From positions 233 through 64,232 of the forward strand of contig DATDUW010000038.1 in assembly GCA_035290185.1 (NCBI GenBank): a stretch of DNA of 64,000 nt, in the 5' to 3' direction. The number at the start of each line of letters is the position of its first letter. Positions within the stretch are counted from its first letter, which is position 1. Under the pieces are notes generated by a model, which made no database searches, had not been told where the DNA came from, and saw only the letters and a program-made list of their open reading frames with translations. Position numbers and translations under genes: made by a program. The DNA is from Patescibacteria group bacterium. Its GTDB lineage: Bacteria; Patescibacteriota; Patescibacteriia; UBA9934; GWF2-40-263. Below, piece by piece: positions 1 through 7,739 of the stretch.

Positions 1-3000
1 GGAGCGACCTTTTATCTGGACAATGTACAACTGAAGGCAGCGCAGGAAAACAGAACGCTTGTAAAGGATTCATGGACCACCCCTTCGGTTTGCGACCAGA
101 CGCCGGCTGGAACGGCGGCACCGCAGTATTATCTTGGTTGTGAAGCCTATACAGATGAAACAAGGACCCAAACCCCCCTCTATCAGTTCCGCCAGCTTTG
201 TTCCGAATCCAAGGTGGGATGTTCGGCTTTTTTTGCAACGCAAAACGACGGGACGCCCCACGAACGGGTCTTCAATGCCACCTGTTCTCTTGGTGCGGAC
301 GTCGTCACAACTCCGACGCCCTGTGTTGTTAACGCCATTTCGGTTTGTACCGTTCCGTCGGGTAGTAATCGCTGTCTTTTCTCCTGGGATGCGCCTTTGT
401 CGCGGCCCTTGCCGGCTCAGGTGACCTTTGGTCCTGAAACAGTTGTGGTATCCGCAGATCAGGCCGTGTATCTGGTTGCGAATGAGTCGGCTTCCTGTTC
501 ACAGGGCGAAGCAGGATGTACGGAACTCGGAACGCCAGTTTTTTCTCAGGATCAAAGCGTTGTGACGGATTTTACTTCCGCTTCATTTTTGAACCTTCCG
601 GATACCTATGGAACAATTCTGTGTTCGGACGAGGACCTTTTTTGTGCTGCTTGGGCTTCGACCCAGGACGGGACGTTCTATTTTAAAGACCCGAAAGATC
701 GGACGTGCGAATACAGAACAGGAGTAAGTTTGGGCGGCAAGACCTATTCCGGATGGTTTCAGAACGGTACAACGGATTTTTGTTATGGGTCGGGAACCTG
801 TTCGGAAGACGCAAGTGTTGTCTGTACTGATGATGCTGTCTGTGTTGAGGCCGGAGCCGGATCGTGCACGGTTGCATCCGGGACCTATTTGCGCAATGGA
901 AATGAGTCCGGTCTTTGGCACAATGGCGATGCGGCGTACGCTGGTTGGGCTGGTGCCTGTCCGGAACAAGCTGATCTGTGTACGGAATTTTCGGATCCTC
1001 TCGATACAGCCGGAGGGGAGCGCGCAGAAGGGAACGCCTATTTTTATCTGGACAATGAAAAATCTTCCGGACAGAAGTCTTTGACTTCCGGCACGTCCGT
1101 TTCTTGCGGGGGTGCGGTCAGTCTCCGTGAAGGGTGCGTTCTCTTTGAGGATCACTCGAATCCGTCACTCCTGTACGCGTCTTCGCCAAGCCTGCTCGTT
1201 TCTGAGCGCGCGGACCGCCTGTTCGGAGGCGTTCCAGGTTCGCTTCAGACTCCTGTCTCCTGTCCGGACGGAGGAAGGCTTCGATTGGCAGATCAGACCG
1301 TGGTCGACGTCTGTACAAGTCGCTGTGCGTATGCGGTTTCGTCCGGGACGTCCCTGTCTGATGTCTCGCTTGCGGTCGGGCCTGTGAAAGCGGGAATCGC
1401 TACCTATTACGGCCGTGCCTGTCTTGAAAACCGTGAATGTCCTTCCGTTGTCACGGCCGCGGGAACGGAAACATCTGGTACGTGCGAGACGGTCGATTCT
1501 GCCTATGCTTTCCAGAATGACACGAATCGAATTCTGCGTATTTCTCGGGACCGGACCTGTGCAGAATGGCTTGCGTGTGACAGTCTCCAGCACGCGTGGG
1601 ATGAAACAAGGGCGAATTGGCGAACCGTCTGCGAATCCGTCCAGACCTGCAACGCCTACGCCACTTCAAGCGAAAATGGTTTCTGTTCTAGTTGGGTGGA
1701 AAAGGAACCGGTCATTTTGAATGCCAGCGTTTATTCGGCCCGCGACGTTTCCTGGTATGGATTGGAATCTTCTGGATACGCGATTCCGAATCAGCTGCCC
1801 ATTCCATTCTACCGTCAGGTGAATATTCATCCATCCACGGCGTGCGTTCAGAAAGACGGAACGCCTATTTTGGACGGAGAAACTGGCGACCTGGTTCCCT
1901 GTGACGCAAACAACGACTGCTCAGGAGACGGCGGAACCTGTTCGGAAGTGGCAGGAGATTATCGGTTGGCGTACGTGGCCGGGTCGTGCAGTGGGGAAAA
2001 TGGCGCGGCGTGCCGCGTCGGATTCTGTACGGAAAGCGGCCGTCTTTGCAACGGAACGTTTGACTGCGAAGAAGGGGAAAAATGTACGGTTGGATTTTGC
2101 GAAACGACCAAGCCGGATTCTTTTTGCGAGATATCGGATGATTGTGGCAACGGCTTCAATGAGTGCCACAACGGCGTTTGTGTGGATACAAAGACAAGTA
2201 AGGACGATACGCTCGAAACATGCACGGAAGATGCTGATTGTACGCTGGCGGACCTGGATGGAGATGGTGAAGCGGATCCGGAATATACCTCCTGCATTCC
2301 TGGCGCTCTGGCTAAAAGCGGTGTTTGCTATAACAGTAGTTGTCTTACGGGGATTGATGGTAATCCTCTCAACCTCGACGCAGCCGAGGGTGAATCCTGC
2401 CGCGGGTACCCAGATGCCCTTGCGCCTTTCCCAACACAGATCGTAAAAACATGGACAGATCCGTCAAGCGGCAGCGGTGCCTCAACGCCTTCGCTGACGG
2501 CTTCGGATATCAATACAACGGATGAATTGGACGCCATTCCATCCGAGTACATTTCCGGTTTCCCAGAGGTGCCCACCTGCAGTCCTGTTTTGGAAGGTTC
2601 CGGTGCTGCCTTGACCGACGGCTGTGTCTGTTCTTATGACAAGGCGGAATACGGCAAGGGTGCACAGGTTCGCTATTATCCTCCTGGGACATCGAAAGAC
2701 AAGATTCTTCCCGGCATTTGTATAGGTGGGAGTGCAGAGGGTCAAAAATGTGAAAACAACGCCCAGTGTCAGGATGCGGATGGCGCGGGAACCGATGGAA
2801 CCTGTGGAACACTGACAGGGAAAGACCGCTTTATTGGCTGGAAAGGATTCTGTATTGAACGGGACACCTCTATTCAGCTTTTTGGAAGTCCAAATGAGGA
2901 GGATCGTGCCTGCCTTACCTGGCTTCCTGTAGATCAGTTGAAGGGTTCCACGGACATGTATGCGAAGAGCGTGGAGGCGGGTTATCCGCTTGCAGACACT

Positions 3001-5391
3001 TATTATTGCACGGAGGTCGGTTATTACGCCGATCTCTATCCAACGGGGACGCAGTTTGATGCGGAAACCGGCTTGCCCAAGGATAATATTGATTTCGCCT
3101 GTGCCGCAACCGATGCGTCAGGATGCGATTGGCCGGAATATGGAAGTTGTGAAAAAAATGTCTATTGTCCAAAAGGCTATACGGCAGTTGTGGGATCCTG
3201 CGATAACGGAAGTCTAGGAAATGCGGAAAAAAATCCCACGGACAGTTATTGTGATTCTGGAGATCAGTTGGAGGATCAGGTTGTTGCTTCCGGAAAAACG
3301 ATGTTTCTCTATGAAGGAAAAGGGAGATCGGATGATTGTCCTTACTTCTGTATTCCAGACGGGAGCAGACACTTGGAGGGAGATGATGCGGGGAAGAGCT
3401 GTCTTGGAGATCTTCCAGGCTTTGGTTTGACCAATACCAACGGAACCGTTTACTACAAAGTCGGTGATTTGAGTGCGTATCAGGACGGGCTTTCCTATGC
3501 GCAAAAATTTAGAGACTGCATTGTGCGAGGCGTGCCTCTTGCCGGACAGAGCGAATTTGCCACGGATTGGATGAGCGGGGATGTTTTTGATGGTTTTAGC
3601 AGCGGGGGTTATGGCTATAAGATTCTTGAGGATTCAAATTCCCCAGGAGAGCACTATGCTTTTGGTCTTGCCCATCGTTCTGTTGGCTCGCTCATTGGAA
3701 GGTGTACGTCCTTTTCTAGCAAATACCCTGGAATTCCAAGTTCTGAAGGAATAGAAGGAACACCATGTCAGTCTTCCCAAGATTGTCCTTACAAAGATTC
3801 CTGTACGGATCCGAATGATAGTGGTTGTGCGTTTACCACCTGCAACAAGGAACGGGCGGCCAGCGGTTCCCTCCAGGTCTATCTCGGGTGCTACGAAGCA
3901 GCCAAGGTTGCGAGTCTTGACGGGGAAATGGATCCAAACAAAGCCTGGACCAATCGGCTCTGGGAAAATCCAAACCCAGACCCTTCGGATCCGACCACAA
4001 CGCTTTCCTATCGGACATCGACCGCAACGGATTTCAGTGATGAAAAGACAAGTTACATTTATCGTCCGTCTTCCTATGCCACGCCGGACGGACGGTCTCT
4101 GTTTGAGTATTTTTCCAATGGGAAAATGGCTGGGTTTGAAAAGGATTCCTGGCCGCTTCCCGTGGAGGCATGCAAACGCGATTCCACGACCCAAGGAATG
4201 ATCGGCCTTGAAACAGCCCCGCCAGGATCCTGTTCCTTGTCTATGTATTCCTCGTATCCTTTGTCAGCCCAGTACGTCCAGGAGGGATCGACGCGTTCGA
4301 TCCTTAATGCGGAAGAAGCGCCCTATTCCTATGCTCTGGCGTTTCCGTATGAAGACATCAGTACGGAGGATGAGAAAAAAGCCATGGTCGGAGAAATAGG
4401 GTCGCAGGATGAATTCGGCAGGAGCTCGAACAAGAATCCGCGCGGCATCAAAGAGCTCCTCAACCAGCTTTTTGCCAAGGTGTACGACGTGTGGCAATTC
4501 AGTTGGAACAAAGAAGGAGGTTCCTATGTTTCGATGAAGGATGAAGGGACGTACGGCGCTGTTATCGGTCTCTCCAACGGCTCTAATCTTACATCAACGG
4601 GTGATGCACATTATGACGCTTCCGGAGATGGAACGCCTGACCCGCCCACCGTTGTTTCGGTCGGCTCCTGTTATGGGACACAGTGTTTGGAAGGGAACGA
4701 AGGCAAATTTACCGTCAATAACGTTGATGGCGATATTCTTGAGGGAACAGGCAGCCTCCATACGGTTGTGAAGTTTTATGCCTGGGCCAATCCTAACCAG
4801 ATGCCGCTCAAGAACGTGATAGTAAACTGGGGCGATGGGGATCGCGTCAACAGCGGCCCCTACACGGGCTGGGCTTGGCCAGCCGACAGTTATACGGGGA
4901 GCATTGCACCTGATAATTTTTACAAGAATCACCGTGGGCTGAAATCTCCGGGCGAATCCCAGTGTGACAACACAGACTGGGGCCGCACCAGCGCGGCCTG
5001 TGAAACAGCTTACTTCAGCTTTGAGCACACGTACCGCTGCTCGAATGATTTGCTGGAGTCCCTCCCTGAATGTCGGCTTGCCGATGATGGAACAAAACGA
5101 TTGTTAAATTCTCCTTGTACCGGAGGTGTTGTCATGGGAGGGGAAGGAGAATGTGTCTTCCAGCCGCGTGTGTTTGTGAAGGATAACTGGGGATGGTGTA
5201 CGGGGTACTGTAACTCGAATTCTGAGGACAATACGGAACAGTGTTATGGAATGTATGAATGTTCTCCGCAGTATTGTCCGAGTACAGGGACGGATGGAAA
5301 TACTAAATCGGGAAAGTGTGGGGACGGAGATTCTGGAGGAATTTCAAATCCTTGGGTAAATTTTGACGGTTATATTCTTGTAGAAAAATAG
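1..5391 (+). CDS. giant cysteine-rich secreted/surface protein, 5' end upstream of window (1796 codons visible)
   Basis: Frame 1 is open from nt 1 to the TAG at 5389-5391, so the Met at 214 is internal. Cys spacing is very dense (e.g. CRVGFCTESGRLCNGTFDCEEGEKCTVGFCETT). There are DGDG-type acidic stretches and a C-terminal VNWGDGD PKD-like segment. A hairpin terminator follows. Confidence 0.8.
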   Translation, partial: GATFYLDNVQLKAAQENRTLVKDSWTTPSVCDQTPAGTAAPQYYLGCEAYTDETRTQTPLYQFRQLCSESKVGCSAFFATQNDGTPHERVFNATCSLGADVVTTPTPCVVNAISVCTVPSGSNRCLFSWDAPLSRPLPAQVTFGPETVVVSADQAVYLVANESASCSQGEAGCTELGTPVFSQDQSVVTDFTSASFLNLPDTYGTILCSDEDLFCAAWASTQDGTFYFKDPKDRTCEYRTGVSLGGKTYSGWFQNGTTDFCYGSGTCSEDASVVCTDDAVCVEAGAGSCTVASGTYLRNGNESGLWHNGDAAYAGWAGACPEQADLCTEFSDPLDTAGGERAEGNAYFYLDNEKSSGQKSLTSGTSVSCGGAVSLREGCVLFEDHSNPSLLYASSPSLLVSERADRLFGGVPGSLQTPVSCPDGGRLRLADQTVVDVCTSRCAYAVSSGTSLSDVSLAVGPVKAGIATYYGRACLENRECPSVVTAAGTETSGTCETVDSAYAFQNDTNRILRISRDRTCAEWLACDSLQHAWDETRANWRTVCESVQTCNAYATSSENGFCSSWVEKEPVILNASVYSARDVSWYGLESSGYAIPNQLPIPFYRQVNIHPSTACVQKDGTPILDGETGDLVPCDANNDCSGDGGTCSEVAGDYRLAYVAGSCSGENGAACRVGFCTESGRLCNGTFDCEEGEKCTVGFCETTKPDSFCEISDDCGNGFNECHNGVCVDTKTSKDDTLETCTEDADCTLADLDGDGEADPEYTSCIPGALAKSGVCYNSSCLTGIDGNPLNLDAAEGESCRGYPDALAPFPTQIVKTWTDPSSGSGASTPSLTASDINTTDELDAIPSEYISGFPEVPTCSPVLEGSGAALTDGCVCSYDKAEYGKGAQVRYYPPGTSKDKILPGICIGGSAEGQKCENNAQCQDADGAGTDGTCGTLTGKDRFIGWKGFCIERDTSIQLFGSPNEEDRACLTWLPVDQLKGSTDMYAKSVEAGYPLADTYYCTEVGYYADLYPTGTQFDAETGLPKDNIDFACAATDASGCDWPEYGSCEKNVYCPKGYTAVVGSCDNGSLGNAEKNPTDSYCDSGDQLEDQVVASGKTMFLYEGKGRSDDCPYFCIPDGSRHLEGDDAGKSCLGDLPGFGLTNTNGTVYYKVGDLSAYQDGLSYAQKFRDCIVRGVPLAGQSEFATDWMSGDVFDGFSSGGYGYKILEDSNSPGEHYAFGLAHRSVGSLIGRCTSFSSKYPGIPSSEGIEGTPCQSSQDCPYKDSCTDPNDSGCAFTTCNKERAASGSLQVYLGCYEAAKVASLDGEMDPNKAWTNRLWENPNPDPSDPTTTLSYRTSTATDFSDEKTSYIYRPSSYATPDGRSLFEYFSNGKMAGFEKDSWPLPVEACKRDSTTQGMIGLETAPPGSCSLSMYSSYPLSAQYVQEGSTRSILNAEEAPYSYALAFPYEDISTEDEKKAMVGEIGSQDEFGRSSNKNPRGIKELLNQLFAKVYDVWQFSWNKEGGSYVSMKDEGTYGAVIGLSNGSNLTSTGDAHYDASGDGTPDPPTVVSVGSCYGTQCLEGNEGKFTVNNVDGDILEGTGSLHTVVKFYAWANPNQMPLKNVIVNWGDGDRVNSGPYTGWAWPADSYTGSIAPDNFYKNHRGLKSPGESQCDNTDWGRTSAACETAYFSFEHTYRCSNDLLESLPECRLADDGTKRLLNSPCTGGVVMGGEGECVFQPRVFVKDNWGWCTGYCNSNSEDNTEQCYGMYECSPQYCPSTGTDGNTKSGKCGDGDSGGISNPWVNFDGYILVEK

Positions 5392-5411
5392 GATTTAAAA
5401 ATCGAGAATTT

Positions 5412-5445
5412 AAAAGCGGCGTTTCGAGTCAGAAACGCCGCTTTA
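5412..5445. terminator. bidirectional hairpin terminator between convergent genes
   Basis: AAAAGCGGCGTTTC-GAGTCA-GAAACGCCGCTTT. An 11-bp stem is flanked by an A-run and a T-run, between the stop at 5391 (+) and the stop at 5463 (-). Confidence 0.6.
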
Positions 5446-5462
5446 CGTAGTTCTTCACCTCC

Positions 5463-6113
5463 TCAGCATGGGCCCGAGAAGGTATAAGTGAGGTCTTCTC
5501 CGAGTGTGGAGATGTAATGGACCGTCTTCACCACCCCACCCTCCATCTCCAGAACAGCAGAGAAAGAATCCCCATTCCCCAGTTGCCCGGAGACGATATC
5601 ATACGTAATCTTGGATGGTTTTGAAGAGAGACCATTCAGGATTACGTCGTTTATCCCGTCTCCGTCTGTGTCGTCTTCAGAAGTAGAGAGGCAAACCCCC
5701 CAACCAGTCTGGTCGACGAAATAACCTGAGGGGGCCATCCCGACATCGTCGAGTTCGGTCGAATATGTGCCGGCCGCGGAGACGGTGACTGTGCGTGAAG
5801 CCACTTCGAAACCGTACAGTTTACCATCGATGCGGTAACTGCCCGCTGCCTCGACGGTGATTTCGCACGTTTTCGTAGCCTCGCAATCGGCCGAGATGTC
5901 ATCCCTTACGAATTCATCCAGAGCCATAGAGGCTCTGGCCGTAATGAGGGCCTCGAACCCAGGCTTCGGTGTGGGTGTTGGGGTCGGATTGGCCCCGTCG
6001 TCATCGCCGGCAATGTCATCGTCGCCGGGATTAGTGTTGCTGGGATCCTCTCCGCAGCAGCCCGTCGCAAGCGCGAGGGCCAGCAGGGCGAAAAACGCCA
6101 TCTTGGTCATCAT
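5463..6113 (-). CDS. lipoprotein, acidic/Pro-Thr linker, unknown function
   Basis: GGAGGAG lies 6-7 nt upstream of the ATG at 6113. The N-terminus MMTKMAFFALLALALATGC has a signal peptide plus lipobox (LATGC), then DDDIAGDDDGANPTPTPTPKP. The longer ORF-track start (6230) lacks these features. Codons are visibly G/C-ending. Confidence 0.7.
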   Translation of the reverse strand: MMTKMAFFALLALALATGCCGEDPSNTNPGDDDIAGDDDGANPTPTPTPKPGFEALITARASMALDEFVRDDISADCEATKTCEITVEAAGSYRIDGKLYGFEVASRTVTVSAAGTYSTELDDVGMAPSGYFVDQTGWGVCLSTSEDDTDGDGINDVILNGLSSKPSKITYDIVSGQLGNGDSFSAVLEMEGGVVKTVHYISTLGEDLTYTFSGPC

Positions 6114-6203
6114 GGTGATCTCCTCCGGGGACGGGTTGGAAACCCATCCCTGCTGCATGGCCCGGCCCAACTGGGCACGGGCTTTTTTGGTTTTACGATT
6201 GGA

Positions 6204-6262
6204 ACTATTCCCGCATAGAACTTTGGCCAACTTTTTTTAAAAAATTGGCATGCGGGAATAGT
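6204..6262. repeat. composite perfect palindrome (13-bp outer arms, inner GCCAA/TTGGC arms)
   Basis: ACTATTCCCGCAT (6204-6216) is the exact reverse complement of ATGCGGGAATAGT (6250-6262). The spacer contains GCCAAC-T7/A6-TTGGC. It lies about 90 nt upstream of the lipoprotein start. Confidence 0.5.
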
Positions 6263-6752
6263 CCCAGGGAAAACCTACGTAAGAAAAAAACAAAAATTGT
6301 GAAAGAACGATTCCCAAAAAGTTCTTTTTCTCCCTAAAAAAGACCCTTGAGGGATAAAATGGACATCTTTATCATGATGGTCTTTGCCTGTTGTTGTCAA
6401 CAGAACTTGGTTTCCTAACGTAAAAAAGAAGTTTTGTCAAGAGGATGGGTGTGGATAAGAAGGCCTTTGCAATTTAAGAAAAAAAGAGGATAAAGATGAG
6501 TTTAGATAAGCCAAAAGAAGCTTTCACCCGTGGTTTTCTCAAAACCAAGATGCCTCCCTGGACGAGTCTATCGACAAAAGCCTTCGAAAAATCCAATGGT
6601 TTAAGACTGTTGGAAAGGCAAGGCGACAACAGCCATTTTGTTCGATGGATTCATTGAAGATTCGAGGGACATAACTCTTAGGAAAGGAGTAAAGCCCTCG
6701 CGACGGGAAAAGGATAAGATCCCGTTTGCCATCGTACGGAAAGGAGAAAACC

Positions 6753-6977
6753 ATGGAAACGAAAGCAACGTATATCGGGACAGACCTTTTGGCGAATCTG
6801 AATGACCTGCGGAACGGATTTTGTTGCGGTTATGGCGGGCTGAGTGCCCCTAAACCGCCAGTTCCCATTTTCCTCGATGGGGAGCCACCAATTCCTTGGA
6901 AGAAAGGGAACAGGTCCGCGCGGTTTCTGAATGGGACAGGAGCCGTGTACGCCCTGGAAAGGAGGGTCGCGCGCTAG
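6753..6977 (+). CDS. small hypothetical protein (74 aa), doubtful
   Basis: AAAGGAGAAAACC precedes the ATG at 6753. The product is METKATYIGTDLLANLNDLRNGFCCGYGG... There are no recognisable motifs. Hairpins follow at 7073-7141. Confidence 0.3.
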   Translation: METKATYIGTDLLANLNDLRNGFCCGYGGLSAPKPPVPIFLDGEPPIPWKKGNRSARFLNGTGAVYALERRVAR

Positions 6978-7072
6978 TGGGCTCCGTGGGCATTCAAGTC
7001 AAGGCGTCTTGGTTTTTTGGAGAGGCATCAGGGTAAGGGTCCCTGCTCTGTTGTTTCTTCATGACCTCTCGG

Positions 7073-7141
7073 CGACGGCGCGGTTTGCTTCGCGCCGTCG
7101 TTCTTTCAAACGGAGCCGATCCTGTAACAGGGTCGGTTTTT
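7073..7141 (+). terminator. tandem hairpins, the second with a T-run (intrinsic terminator)
   Basis: CGACGGCGCG-N8-CGCGCCGTCG (7073-7100), then CCGATCCTG-TAA-CAGGGTCGG-TTTTT (7116-7141). Confidence 0.5.
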
Positions 7142-7283
7142 AGTTTTAAACGGATCTTTCAAAACGTTATCCCCATTTGATTGTTTAAACAGATGGATGA
7201 AAAAAAGTCGGCTTGTGTTGGTTTTTGAATGTCTCTGTTTATTTTACAAAACACTTTTTAGGTCTTAAATTTGATGTTTTAAC

Positions 7284-7311
7284 TTGACAAATTTATTATT
7301 TTCGCTATTCT
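7284..7311 (+). promoter_or_regulatory. sigma70-like promoter
   Basis: TTGACA (7284-7289), 16 nt, TATTCT (7306-7311), in an A/T-rich stretch. The same hexamer pair recurs at 31294-31322. Confidence 0.5.
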
Positions 7312-7319
7312 TAGCATAG

Positions 7320-7739
7320 ATGGTGATTGAACCATCCGCAGACCGATTCACGGTTGCGTCCTTTTCAGCCGCAAAAGAGAGTTCCTCAAGGAGGAACGAA
7401 TGCGGCAAGAGAGGAAAAGCCTTGGTTTATAAAGTGACTTGGCCGCGCGGGACGCAGGGGCACCGGATGGAGGAAAAAAGAACCCTTGGTCGCGGCGGTT
7501 TCGGTCCTGAAATCACGTTCTTCCGGTATCCGGGGGGAGACGGAAGAGCAGGATTCCACCCTTTCCAAAGGGCGGAACGGGCACGGCAGACGGGCGGTTT
7601 TCTTCAGGGAGTTGCAGGAAGCCGCTCGATTTTGCCAACGGAAACGGATGATTCTCGTTTCCATCATCAGAGGAGGGGATTGGGATTTTCCATCCTTTCT
7701 TCCAGGAGTTCCCTGTTCTTTTTTTCAAGGAGATATCTC
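7320..7739 (+). other. long GC-rich 5' leader / candidate structured RNA upstream of the M23 gene
   Basis: It lies between the promoter at 7284 and the RBS-backed start at 7740. The in-frame translation is Arg/Gly-rich nonsense. There are mutually exclusive pairings (GGAAACG/CGTTTCC versus GATGAT/ATCATC at about 7640-7668) and a T-run at about 7718-7727. Confidence 0.35.

Noticed and set aside
583-5231. Many 60-190-aa ORFs antisense or out of frame within the giant exoprotein gene.
   Set aside because: All are nested in one uninterrupted 5.4-kb frame with a consistent composition. They are typical shadow ORFs.
7320-7739. The ORF track extends the M23 peptidase ORF 140 codons upstream, to 7320.
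   Set aside because: The extension translates to Arg/Gly-rich low-plausibility sequence. An AAGGAG RBS, signal peptide and lipobox begin exactly at 7740, and a promoter sits at 7284. It is treated as a leader, not coding.
7320-7739. The GC-rich leader might be RNase P RNA, tmRNA or a cyclic-di-AMP (ydaO) riboswitch.
   Set aside because: I could not find the diagnostic strings. These would be a GAGGAAAGUCC...ACAGAACCCGGCUUA pair at proper spacing, a tRNA-like GGTTCGA...CCA end, or ACCCGACAGCUAAC. The identity is left open.
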